Part shown: positions 8,674-20,300 of the stretch, one piece after another | How the letters are laid out: every line of letters starts with the position of its first letter | Position numbering within the stretch: position 1 is the stretch's first letter | Assembly: GCA_045863395.1 (NCBI GenBank) | Contig: BTVJ01000070.1 | Span: 1-37,123 of the forward strand | Reading direction: 5' to 3' | Length of the DNA stretch: 37,123 bases | Origin: Myxococcales bacterium | Lineage (GTDB): Bacteria; Myxococcota_A; UBA9042; JABWCM01; BTVJ01 | Program-made: the position numbers and the translations under genes | The notes under the pieces: generated by a model | What the model was told of the DNA's origin: nothing | The model's database searches: none | What the model saw: only the letters and a program-made list of their open reading frames with translations

Positions 8674-9300
8674 ATGGACGCTGACATGAGGAACTGCCCG
8701 TACTGCGCCGAGGAGATCCGAACCGCGGCGATCAAGTGCAAGCACTGCGGCACCATGCTCGACGGGTCCTCTGCCCCGCCGGCGCCTCGCCGGCCGCCAA
8801 CGGGGAGCCCGCGCGCGCCCGTCGATGCACAGACAGAGGTCTTCTTCGAGGGCGCGCCGAGCTGGGTCGCGTACTTCGGCGACGTGGTCATCCCCACCCT
8901 GGTACTGATCGCCGCCTCGGTCGGCCTGGCGTGGTTTGAGGAGACGCGCGTCTACGCACTCGTGCCCGTCGGCCTCTTCCTTCTCCTCGTAGCCTACTGG
9001 TATCTGCGGCTGCGCAGCGAGCGCATCTACGTGAGCGACATGCGTGTGGAGACCCAGTCGGGCATCGTGGCGCGCCACGTGGACTCGCTGGAGCTCTGGC
9101 GCGTCCATGACATCCGCTACGCCCAGACCCTGGTGGACCGACTTCTCTTCCGAAGCCGCATCACGCTCTGGTCCCAGGATCAGTCCACCCCTCAGCTCCA
9201 CCTGGTAGGCCTGCCTGGCGGCCGCGACCTCTACACGAAGCTCCGCGACGCCGTGGACAAGAGCCGGCGCCAGCGGGGCGTCCTCGGCATCATCGAATAG
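8674..9300 (+). CDS. Membrane protein with N-terminal zinc ribbon and bacterial PH (bPH_2/DUF304-type) domain, 208 aa
   Basis: CPYCAEEI..AIKCKHCG, Pro-rich linker, two hydrophobic helices, then Y.VSD.RV....GI..R....LEL.RV.DI...QTL.DRL. Confidence 0.85.
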   Translation: MDADMRNCPYCAEEIRTAAIKCKHCGTMLDGSSAPPAPRRPPTGSPRAPVDAQTEVFFEGAPSWVAYFGDVVIPTLVLIAASVGLAWFEETRVYALVPVGLFLLLVAYWYLRLRSERIYVSDMRVETQSGIVARHVDSLELWRVHDIRYAQTLVDRLLFRSRITLWSQDQSTPQLHLVGLPGGRDLYTKLRDAVDKSRRQRGVLGIIE

Positions 9301-9306
9301 CAGCGG

Positions 9307-9334
9307 TTGACAGCCCCCGATGCCTCCCTACATT
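9307..9334 (+). promoter_or_regulatory. htpG promoter (sigma70-like and/or RpoH-like)
   Basis: TTGACA (9307-9312)-N16-TACATT (9329-9334); also readable as TTGA...CCCTACAT, resembling heat-shock sigma32 promoters. No CIRCE repeat seen. Confidence 0.6.
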
Positions 9335-9369
9335 CCTGCGCCGAAGACGTCGCAGAACGGGAGGACGCC

Positions 9370-11268
9370 ATGACAGCGGACAAGACGACCCACAGCTTCC
9401 AGGCAGAGGTGAACCAGCTCCTCTCCCTGGTGGTCAACTCGCTCTACAGCCACAAGGAGATCTTCCTCCGGGAGCTGGTCTCCAACGCCTCGGATGCGCT
9501 CGACAAGCTCAAGTTCCGGGCGCTGACCGAGCCCGGCCTGGCCACCGGCACGCCGCTGGAGGTGCGCATCCGCGCCGACCGCAAGGCGGGCACCCTGTCC
9601 ATCGACGACACGGGGGTCGGCATGAGCCGCGACGAGCTCATCGAGAACCTGGGCACCATCGCCCACAGCGGCTCCCGGGCCTTCCTGGAGCAGGCGCGCA
9701 AGAATGGTGAGGCCAACGACGTGCGGCTCATCGGCCAGTTCGGGGTCGGCTTCTACAGCGCGTTCCTGGTGGCCGACCACGTGGAGGTGGTGTCTCGTGC
9801 GGCGGGCTCGACGGAGGCGTGGCGCTGGATCTCCGACGCCAAAGGCACCTACAGCATGGAGCCGGCGGAGCGGGAGACCCACGGGACGGAGGTCCTGCTC
9901 CACGTCGGCGAGGAGCACCGGGAGTACCTGGACGAGTGGCGACTGCGGGAGCTGATCCGGCGGTGGTCCGACTTCGTCAATCACCCCATCAAGCTCGCTG
10001 CGACCCACGAAGAAGGTGAGGATGGCGACGAGCCAAAGCTCGAGGTGATCAATCGGGGGACGGCGCTGTGGCAGCGCAGCAAGTCGGAGATCACCGCCCA
10101 GGAATACGAGGACCTCTACAAGCACCTCACCCATGACTGGGAGTCCCCGCTGGCACACACCCACTTCACCGTGGAGGGGACGCAGCTCTTCAAGGCGCTC
10201 CTCTACATCCCCAAGAAGGCGCCCTTCGATCTCTACATGCGCGAGCAGCGCCGGGGCGTGAAGCTGTTCGTGAAGCGCGTCTTCATCATGGACGACTGCG
10301 AGGAGCTGCTTCCCCCGTGGCTCCGATTCATGCGCGGCGTCGTCGACTCGGACGACCTGCCCCTCAACGTGTCCCGCGAGATCCTGCAGGACTCGTCCAT
10401 CACGCGGACCATCCGCAAGCAGATCGTCAAGAAGACCCTGGACCTGCTCACCGAGCTGGCGACGGATCGCCCGGACGACTACAAGGCGTTCTGGGAGACC
10501 TACGGACCCGTGGTCAAGGAGGGGATCCACTTCGAGCACGACTCCCGCGAGCGCATCGCGTCGCTGCTGCGCTACGACAGCTCCGCCGACGGGGGCCAGA
10601 CCAGCCTGGAGGCATATCTCTCCCGCATGCCCGAGTCGCAGGAATCCATCTGGTACATCACGGGCGAGTCTCGCGCCGCGGTCGCCAGCAGCCCACACCT
10701 GGAGGCTCTGCGCCGCAAGGGCTGGGAGGTCCTCTACATGACGGACCCCGTCGACGAGTGGGTCGTCGAGGCCCTGCCCGAGTTCAAGGGCAAGAAGCTC
10801 GCCTCGGCCATGAGGGCGGACATCGACCTGGGGGAGACCGAAGAGGAGAAGAAGACCCGCGAGGAGCAAGGGGACAAGCTGGGCGCCCTGGTCTCACGCA
10901 TGAAGGAGCTCCTCTCGGACAGGGTGACCGAGGTGCGCCTCTCGTCGCGGCTCACCGACTCCGCCGCGTGCCTCGTCGTGCCCGAGGGCGGCCTCCACGC
11001 GCACATGGAGCGCCTCCTGCGCAGCCACGAGCGGAACATGCCGGGCAGCAAGCGCATCCTCGAGATCAACCCCAATCACCCGATCATCGCCAACATGCAG
11101 GCGCTCGTGGAGAGAGACCCCGCGTCGCCTCAGGTGGCAGAGTGGACGGAGCTGCTCTTCGACCAGTCGCTGCTCACCGAGGGGAGCCCCCTGCCCGACC
11201 CGAACCGCTTCGCCAGGCGCGTCACCGAGCTGCTGCACCGGGCGAGCACGGCGGCGGTCTTCGGGTAG
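9370..11268 (+). CDS. htpG: Molecular chaperone HtpG (Hsp90), 632 aa
   Basis: FQAEV..LL.LVVNSLYSHKEIFLRELVSNASDALDK, DTGVGM, NLGTIAHSG, IGQFGVGFYSAF, GVVDSDDLPLNVSREILQ, LEINPNHP. ATG 9370 follows GGAGG; the TTG at 9307 is the -35 box. Confidence 0.98.
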   Translation: MTADKTTHSFQAEVNQLLSLVVNSLYSHKEIFLRELVSNASDALDKLKFRALTEPGLATGTPLEVRIRADRKAGTLSIDDTGVGMSRDELIENLGTIAHSGSRAFLEQARKNGEANDVRLIGQFGVGFYSAFLVADHVEVVSRAAGSTEAWRWISDAKGTYSMEPAERETHGTEVLLHVGEEHREYLDEWRLRELIRRWSDFVNHPIKLAATHEEGEDGDEPKLEVINRGTALWQRSKSEITAQEYEDLYKHLTHDWESPLAHTHFTVEGTQLFKALLYIPKKAPFDLYMREQRRGVKLFVKRVFIMDDCEELLPPWLRFMRGVVDSDDLPLNVSREILQDSSITRTIRKQIVKKTLDLLTELATDRPDDYKAFWETYGPVVKEGIHFEHDSRERIASLLRYDSSADGGQTSLEAYLSRMPESQESIWYITGESRAAVASSPHLEALRRKGWEVLYMTDPVDEWVVEALPEFKGKKLASAMRADIDLGETEEEKKTREEQGDKLGALVSRMKELLSDRVTEVRLSSRLTDSAACLVVPEGGLHAHMERLLRSHERNMPGSKRILEINPNHPIIANMQALVERDPASPQVAEWTELLFDQSLLTEGSPLPDPNRFARRVTELLHRASTAAVFG

Positions 11269-11288
11269 CCCCGTCGTCCCGTACAGTC

Positions 11289-11332
11289 AGGTCGGTGGGC
11301 AGCGCTCGCGCCGCCCCCCCCTCACCCGACCT
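11289..11332. terminator. Imperfect hairpin between the convergent htpG and giant-gene stops
   Basis: AGGTCGG...CCGACCT outer arms enclose GGGCAGCGC/GCGCCGCCC; no U-tract. Confidence 0.3.
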
Positions 11333-14300
11333 CAGTCCAGGTAGCACTTGTAGTTGCCGAAGAAGTCCTTGCCGCACTTGCAGTTGCCGTTGTAGCAGCC
11401 GGGCTGGCCCTGGCAGAAGGTCGTGCCGGCGTTCTCGTCCGTCTGCCCGTCGCAGTCGTTGTCGAGCCCGTCGCACTGCTCGGGCTGCGGCTGCACGGAC
11501 CCGATGCACTCGGTCCAGGCCGCAAGCTCGCAGATCGAGATTCCCGTCTGACAGATTCCCTGGCCTGGGCCCTCGTTGCACTCCTTGGTGAGCGCCCCGC
11601 CGTCCGGGCCCTCGTCCGCGACGCCGTCGCAGTCGTTGTCCTCGCCGTCGCAGATCTCCGGCACGGGGACCTGCTCGTCCATGCAGGGGCCCCACACCGC
11701 GCCGGAGCAGGTGCGGGTGCCGCCGTGGCAGTTGCCGATGCCCGACGACCCGCTGCCGCCGCTGTAGCAGGGCTCGGTCAGCGCGAAGCCGTCCAGTCCC
11801 TCGTCGGTCTGTCCGTCGCAGTCGTCGTCCGCGTTGTTGCACAGCTCCGCGTAGGGCTGCTGCGCGGTGCAGTTCTTCCACTGCCCGGCGAGGCAGCTCT
11901 CGACACCCGTGCCGCAGGCCGTGGCGCACGCCTTCTGCAGCGGCGTGCCCGTGGGGCCTTCGTCGGTGACTCCGTCGCAGTCGTCGTCGATGTTGTTGCA
12001 GACCTCGGGGAGCACCGGCGGCGCCGTGCAGTTGACCCAGAGCCCAGCGGCGCACGTCTCGGTGCCCGTTCCACACGCCGTGGAGCAGGTCTTCACGAGG
12101 CCGTCGTCGACGACGCCGTTGCAGTTGTCGTCCTTGTTGTTGCAGGTCTCCGCCTTCGGGGCGATGGTCGCGGCGCTGCAGACGGCGGGCCCGGCCGGGC
12201 TGGCGCCGTTGCAGACCCAGTTGCCCCAGGCCAGGCACTCACCGACGCCCTTGGAGCACAGCCCGCCCAGCGCGTTTCCGTTGGTGTCCGGGTACCAGTC
12301 CTCATCGACGAGGCCGTCGCAGTCGTTGTCCTGACCGTCGCACACCTCTGGCTCCGGCACCACCGAGCACACGCCCCAACCGCCGCTCGCGCACTGCTGC
12401 TTGCCGCCGATGCCGCAGTCCGGGTTGCAGGCCCGCGCCGCCACCTGCTCGTCGACGTCGCCGTCGCAGTCGTCGTCGGACCCATCGCACCGCTCGCCGG
12501 AGACGACGGACAGGGCGGTGTCCAGGATCCCGACCAGGGCGGACGGGCTCGTCGCGGCGTAGAACCACGTGTCGCTCGGGCTGGTCCGCGGCTTGGGCAG
12601 CCCCCCGGCAATTGCCATGGCGTTGAGGGTGGCGACATCGCCCGACCCGTAGCCATAGCCAACGACGATGGTGTTGACGCCGGCCGCCGCGAGCTGCTCG
12701 ATGACCGCGACCCGGCTCGGGCTCTCCGTACACCCAGCGCCCCCGTCCGTGATCAGCACGATGGTGCTGTGGGCGTTGGAGTACGCCAGTGTCTGGAGCT
12801 GCGCCCCCGCTGCCGCCAGCGCCTGCGCCATGGGGTTGGAGCCGCTGGTCGGCGTCGCCCCCGCGAGGAACGTCGAGATCTGCGCCTGGGTGGCGTGGAA
12901 CGGCACGTCCAGGCCCGCCGAGGAGCTGCACGCGCCAGACGTCGGGAACACCTTGAGGCCCACGTTCATGACGGGCGCGTACACGGCGGCGGTGAGGTCG
13001 ACCGCGTCGGTCGCCCACTCCCAACGGGTCATGGCGCCGTCCGCCGTGTTCATGGACGCCGAGCGGTCGAGCACCAGCACCACGTTGTTGGACGCCGGCA
13101 CGCAGGACGGGTCGCACAGGTACGTGAAGTCGCAGGACCCGGCCGCGCAGAAGTCCTCGGTGCAGGTGTCGCCGTCCTCGCAGTCGCCCGAGGTGAAGCA
13201 GCACGCGGTGCCGACCGTGATGTCGTCCAGGTAGACACCCTCGAACTGGTTGTACGCCCCGTCGCCGCTGTCGAACTCGAAGCGCAGGGTGACTGACTGC
13301 CCACCAAAGGTCGCCGGATCCAGGTTGACGTCGATCTTCCGCCAGACGCCGCCGGTCGACCCGATGAGCGCCTCCGTGGAGTTCCAGACCTCCTGGTCGA
13401 CGCTGCCATCGACGGACCGCACCCGCACGACCAGGGCGTCGTAGTCCGTGGAGCCGGCGAACATCTCGGTCTCCATCCAGATGTGGAAGCGCAGCCGGTG
13501 CATGACGCCGCCCGCCAGGGCAAGCGCGGGAGACTCCAGGCGCGCCCGCACCCTGCCCTTGTCGTAGTTGTGGTTGATCGGGTCGCCGAAGTAGGCGGAG
13601 TGCGCAGGGGAGACAGACCGCTTCGTGTCGGCCTGCCACCCGAGCAGCGAGCCGCTCAGCTTCGTGGACGTCATCTTGCCCAGGGTCCCGGCGCTGAAGC
13701 TCTCGCTGAACACCCCGTTGGTCCAGGCCGCGGGACTCGTCAGCGGCGCGCACACCTCGCAACCCGACGACGGGTTCACGTCGCCCGGCGCCCAGCAGTC
13801 CCCGTCGATGAAGCAGTTGCCATCGATGATCGCGTGGGAGGCCACGCCGCCGGAGCAGGTGTCGGCCGTACACGACTTCCCGTCGTCGGGCACGTTGCTG
13901 TCGTCGATCACGTTCTTGCTCGTGCCGCCCTGGCAGACGAGATCCGTGCACGGGTTCCCGTCGTCTGCCGCGGGATTGGGTGCATTGGAGTCGTCCGGCG
14001 TGTGGACGCAGCCGCCCGCGGCGATGCTGCACGCATCGTCCGTACATGCCTCGCTGTCGTTGCAGGCCGCGTGGTTCGGGGTGCTCGTGCCCTCGCCGGC
14101 CACGCACACGTCGACGGTGCAGGCGATGCCATCGGTGAACGACTCGTCGGTCTGGCCATCGCAGTCGTCGTCCTGGCCGTTGCAGGTCGTGTCCTGCGCA
14201 AGCGGCGGAGACGACGGCGTGCAGGCGATCTCGCTGCCGCTCACGCACGTGGACTGGCAGGCGCAGACCCCGAGGCCGTAGGTGGTCGGGATGAACGCCT

Positions 14301-17300
14301 CGTCGGTCTGGCCATCGCAGTCGTCGTCCAGGCCGTCGCAGTCCGTGTCGTCGCCGGTCTGGGGCTTGGGCGCGCACGCGACGACGGCACCGCTGACGCA
14401 GGCCGAGGTGTTGGCGCACACCCCCGTCCCGCAGGCGACCGGCGCATAGTCCTCGTCCTTCTGACCGTCGCAGTCCTCGTCCTTGCCGTCGCAGATGGTG
14501 TCCGACGGCTTCGGGAGCACCTGCCCGACGCAGGCGCCATAGGTGCCGCCCGAGCAGGTCGCCGTGCCGCCCTTGCAGAGACCGACGTCGATGGTGCCGT
14601 TCGGCCCCGTGTAGCAGGCCTGGGTCAGCGGCACGCCCGGCGAGGCCTCGTCAGTCTCGCCGTCGCAGTCGTCGTCGGCGCCGTTGCAGGTCTCCGGGAC
14701 CGACTGGCTCTGCGACCCGCCGGGCTCCGTCGAGCACCGCGCGTTCGACGCATTGAAGCACTCCACGGTGCCGACGCCGCAGGCGCCCACTCCGTCACAC
14801 GGCCCGCCGATGGGCTGGCCCTGGTAGACGAAGCCCTCGTCCGTCATGCCGTTGCAGGAGTTGTCGAGGCCGTCGCACAGCTCGATCTGGCTCTGGTCGT
14901 TCGTGCCGTCCGGGTTGGTGGAGCAGGTCGCCGCCGTCTTGCCCGGGTTGCAGTGGACGGTGCCCATGCCGCACTCGCCGATGCCGTCGCAGGCCTGGCC
15001 GAGCGCCTTCTGCTGGCCGTTCTCTTGCGTGTAGACGAAGCCCTCGTCCGTCGCCGCGTCGCAGTCGTTGTCCTTGCCGTCGCAGATCTCGCTGACCGCC
15101 TGGCTCGCCGAGCCGTTCGGGTCCGTAGAGCACGTGGCCGCCGCGAGAGACGCGCACTCCACGACGCCGATGCCGCACTCGCCGACGCCGTCGCAGCTCT
15201 GGCCCTTGGCGCGGACGGTGCCGTTCTGCTGCGTGTAGGTGAAGTCCTCGTCGGTCAGGCCATCGCAGTCGTCATCCTTGCCGTTGCACTTCTCGGCGAC
15301 GGCCTGGCTTGCTGTCCCGTCCGGGTTCGTGGAGCAGGTGGCGCTCGTCGTCGTCTTGCACTGGACGACGCCCGCACCACACTCACCCGTGCCATCGCAA
15401 GCGCTGCCGACCACGATGCCGCTCCAGGCGAAGTCCTCGTCGGTCAGCCCGTCGCAGTCGTCATCTACCCCATTGCAGGTCTCTGCGATGTTGGTGACCG
15501 TCTCGTTCACGCACTCCAGGACCACGAGGCTCGGCGCGCACGTGAACGTGCCGTTCTTGCACTGATCGGTGTCCGCCCCGTCGCAGGCCGCGCCCTTGTT
15601 GGCGAAGGTCTCGTCCGTCTGGCCGTCGCAGTCGTCGTCCACGCCGTTGCAGGCCTCGCCCTGCCCGAAGAGCGCCGCGATCTTCACGGGCGTGAGCACC
15701 TTCCGGTAGACGGCCACCTCGTCGAGGTTGCCCTTCCATACGTTGATGCCTGCTCCCGCGGACCCGATGTGCATCGGCTGGGTGGTCGTCCCGAGGGCCC
15801 CGAAGGGCGCGGTCACCGAGATCTTCTGCACGCCGTCGAGGTAGCCCACGACGGTGCCGGTCGTGCCGGACGTGCTCTTGAAGGTCGCCGCCACGTGGGC
15901 CCAGGCGCCCTGCGGGACGGTGCCCACCTTCCACTGGCTGTTGTTGAGCTTGATGAACAGCTCGCCCGTGGCGCCGACCACGAACATGGTCCAGGCGGTC
16001 CCATTGCCCTTGTCCACGATGTGCTGGTACGTGTGGCCGTTGCCGCCCCACTTGACCCACGCGGCCAACGTCAGGTCCGTGGTCGCGTCGAGCGTCGCGT
16101 GGTGCGGGACCGCGCCGTAGGCGGTCGTCCCGTTGAGCACGATGGCCTTGCCGTAGCCCGTCGGGCCTGCGGTGGTCCAGGTGGCGGCCGTCAAGGCGGC
16201 CACGCCGACGGATCCCGACGCGCTCGCCGCCGTCGCCCCGCTGCCCTCCTCGAATCGGTAGAAGGCGACCGGCCCGTCGGTGACGCACTCCACGCCCGTG
16301 CCATTGGCCTTGCAGGTGAACAGGCCGTCTTTGCACTGGTCGTCGTCGCCCCCGTCGCAGGCCTGGCCCTTGGTCGGGAAGTCCTCGTCGACGGAGCCGT
16401 CGCAGTCGTCGTCCTGGCCGTTGCACGTCTCGGCGATGTTGGTCACCGACTCGTTGACGCACTCCGTCCCGCTGCCGTTCGACTTGCACGTGAACGACCC
16501 GTTCTTGCACTGGTCCGCGTCGGACCCGTCGCACGGGTCGCCCAGCTCCGCCCACGTCTCGTCCGTGAGGCCGTCGCAGTCGTCGTCGGCGCCGTTGCAG
16601 GCCTCGACGATGTTGCTGACCGTCTCGTTGACGCACTCCAGGTTGCTGCCGTCGGCCTTGCACGTGAAGGTGCCGTTCTTGCACTGGTCCGTGTCCGCCC
16701 CGTCGCACGCCTGCCCCTTGGTGGGCCAGTTCTCGTCGGTGAGGCCGTCGCAGTCGTCGTCGAGGCCGTTGCACTTCTCCGTGATGTTGGTCAGCGTCTC
16801 GTTGACGCACTCGACGCCGGTCCCGGCCACCGTGCAGGTGTACGTGCCGTTCTTGCAGAGGTCGGTGTCCGCTCCGTCGCAGGACTGCCCCTTCAGCGGG
16901 AAGTCCTCGTCGGTCTGGCCGTCGCAGTCGTCGTCCAGGGCGTTGCACTTCTCGGCGATGTTGGCCGGCGTCTCGGGCCCGCACACCGTCGCCCACTGGG
17001 AGGTCGTGCAGATCATCACGCCGTTCTTGCACTGGTCAGAGTCCGGCCCGTCGCAGGACTGCGCCAGGTCCGCAAACGCCTCGTCCGTGAGGCCGTCGCA
17101 GTCGTTGTCCGCGCCGTCACACAGGTCCTCATTGAGCTGTAGCGCCGGGATGCCGCTGCTGGCACGGGCGGCAATCTCCGCCGCCGACAGGGCCCGGTCG
17201 TAGATGGCGACCAGGTCGACCTTGCCGTCGAGCCAGCGGTTGGGCTCGCCGGTCCGCCCGATGGTCACGGGCGCCGTGCTCGTCGGCATGGGGAACACAC

Positions 17301-20300
17301 ACTCCCCGCCGAGGGGCGAGACGCCTGCCGCGACGCCGTTGATGTAGTACTCGTGGGTCTGGGTGAGCGGGCCGCGGTTGACCGCCGCCAGGTGGACCCA
17401 CTGGCCCAGCGGCGGCTTCGCCGTCGAGGCGGACCCGCAGTGCGGCGTCGCTCCACCTGGGTTGATGCCCGACGTGCTGAAGTGCAGGAAGCCCGCGCTC
17501 GTGAGATAGAGCGAGTAGTTCCGCGGCAGGTCGCCCTTGGCGACGATGCCGGCAAAGCCCCAGCCCGCGGGGGGCAGCGCGTCGATCCATACCCACGCCT
17601 CGAGCGACGCCGGGCCGGCGATTGCCAGCGATGCGCTGTGCGGCGCGGTGACCGCGTCGTCGACGCCGTCCAGGTCCACGGCGGTCCGCCCGCCCAGGGT
17701 CGTCCACAAGGCGCCGCTCAGGGCCGCGTGGTTGCCGGAGCCGCTGGCGTCGTGGGCGGTGGTGCCGGTCTGCTCCGAGAACGTCCAGGCCCCGACGGGG
17801 CCGTCGTTGCGGCAGGTCGTCGCGAGGCCGCTCGGCGCGCAGATCAGCGAGCCGTCGCTGCACAGGTCGCCGTCGTCGCCGTCGCACGCGTTGCCGAGCG
17901 CCGACCAGCCCTCGTCCGTGAGGGTGTCGCAGTCGTTGTCGAGGCCGTCGCACAGCTCGTGGTTGATATCCGCCGCGGGCACTCCCGTGTTCATCAGCGC
18001 GACGATCTCGGACGCGGACAGCGGGCGCTCGTACCAGACCACGTCATCCAAGGTGCCGCTGAAGGCCTGGGAGGCGCTCAGTCCGCCGTTGGGGCTGTCC
18101 TGGTCCTGCCCGAGCCAGATGTCGCTGTTCCAGGTGGTGGTCGCCTCGTTGACGGTCACTGGCTTGTTGAGCCGCTCCACGCCGTCACGATAGGCCCGGA
18201 ACGTCACGCCGTCGTAGGTCACGGCGAGGTGCGACCAGGTGTTGAGCGGCAGGCGCATCACGTGCGTCGACGAGCCACCGGAGATCAGGCCACCAGCGAA
18301 GTCGATTGCGCCGTAGGCGCTGATCTCGAGGCCCGTGTTTCCATTGGTGCTGGTGCGGCTGACGATGTAGCGAGAGCCGTCCACGTCCGGGTAGACCCAG
18401 GCCGCGAAGGTCATCTTCCAGCTCGTGAGGCCGGCAGGCGGGACGCGCACGCGCGTGACCGTCGTGCCACCCGGGAAGGATGGCGAGAACGCGAAGTTGA
18501 TACCGAAGGCGCCGTTCTTGCCCGGACCGTAGCTGGTCGTCCCGTTGCCGGTGCCCTGAATGGAGCCGTTGCGCCCATTGCCGGACGTGTCGATGGCGCT
18601 GGTCCCGGAGCCCTCCTCGAAGCGGAACACCAGGCCCGCGCCGTCGCTGCAGACCGTGCCCGACTTGTCGAGCTTGCAGAGGACCACGCCCTCGGTGCAG
18701 AGGTCCGCGTCGGCCCCGTCGCAGGCCTGCCCGATGCTCGGGATGTCCGGGCCCGCGCACACCCCGGCAGTGCAGGTGTCCGGCGCCGTGCAGGCGCTCC
18801 CGTCGTTGCAGGCCGACCCGTTGCTCTTGTTGCTGAACGCGACCTGCGAGGTGGCCGCCGTGCACTGCTTGCACTGGTTGCCCGGGTCCGTGTCGCCGTT
18901 CGCGTAGCAGACGCCGGCGATCAGGCACTTGCCCGCGTCGATGGTGCTCGAGCACGAGTATGTGGTGGCTCCGGTCGTGTTGCACACGTCGGTCGTACAC
19001 CCGAACCCGTCGCCACAATCGGGCGCCGGGCCCGCGGCGCAGCTCCCCGACTGGCAGGAATCTCCGACCGTGCATCCGCTGCCATCCGCGTCGCAGGCCG
19101 TCCCGTTCGTCTTGTTGGTCCACGCCGTCTGGCTCGACGCCGTGCTGCACGTCTGGCACTGGTTGGCGGGATTGACCACGTTGTTTGCCCAGCAGGGGCC
19201 GACGCTCGTGTCGACGAGCGTCAGAGTGTCGACGTAGAGGTTGATGTCTCCGGCCAACGGCACGCAGGTGGGGCTGCACACACTGGAGCAGCTACAGCAG
19301 GCGTCGTTCTCCAGCTTGATGGAGACGGTCGTCGACGCGGCCGTGGCCGTGAACGACCACTTCGGGTAGGACCAGTCGTTGGTGCCGGCACCGTCCCACA
19401 TGCTGACCAGCACGCCGTCCTTGTAGAGTCCCACCTTGATCTTGTTGGTGCAGTTGTGCAGGTAGTCCGCCACCTTGGCGACCACGTCGTAGTTCCTGCC
19501 GGCAACCGTGGTCATGGCGTAGTCGAAGCGGCTGGCCGTGCTGCACCCGGAGGTGCAGCCGCCGCCCGTGCAGGTCAGGCCCAGCGGCGCGGAGCCCGTG
19601 GTGGCCGTGCACGACCCGCTGGCCCCCGTGAAGGCCGAGGCGTCCACCTTGGTGATGGCGCCAATCACGCACTGGCCCGCGACCGGCGGGTTGCTGCACG
19701 TGTAGGTGTTGGCGCCCGTCGACGTGCACACGTCGCTCGTGCAGGAGATGCCGTCGGAGCAGGACGGGACCGCGCCCGCCACGCAGGTGCCCGCCTGGCA
19801 GGAGTCCCGGAAGGTGCAGCCGTTGCTGTCCTTGTTGCACGCCGTCCCGTTGAGCTTGTTGCTCCACGCCGTGTTCGTCGTCGCCGCCGCGCAGACCTGG
19901 CACTCGTTGGCCGGGTTCTGCGCCCCGTCGGCGTAGCAGACCCCGCCGATGGAGCAGGACCCCGCGTTGATGGCGAAGGTGCACGTCCCGTCGCCGTTGC
20001 ACGAGTCGGTGGTGCAGGCGAGGTTGTCGTTGCAGGTATAGGGCACGCCGGCGCACGACGAGGACGGCCCACCGGAGCACACGTCCGTCTTGGTGCACGC
20101 GTTCGAGTCGTCGCAAGCCGCCCCCGCCGGCTTGCCGTTGCCCTGGCACACGGTCCCCGTCCCGTCGGCCTTGCACACCTTGGTGGCCGCAGCCTCGCAG
20201 GTGCCGACGCCCATGGTGCACGCGGCGCCCACGTCGAAGCCCTCGTCCGTGGCGCCGTCGCAGTCGTCGTCAGCCCCGTTGCACACCTCGGCGATGTTCG

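Noticed and set aside
11590..11620. Programmed frameshift or readthrough, or a MYXO-CTERM/PEP-CTERM anchor near the giant's 3' end
   Set aside because: The ORF is continuous, ends ...GNYKCYLD-stop, and has no hydrophobic helix or basic tail.
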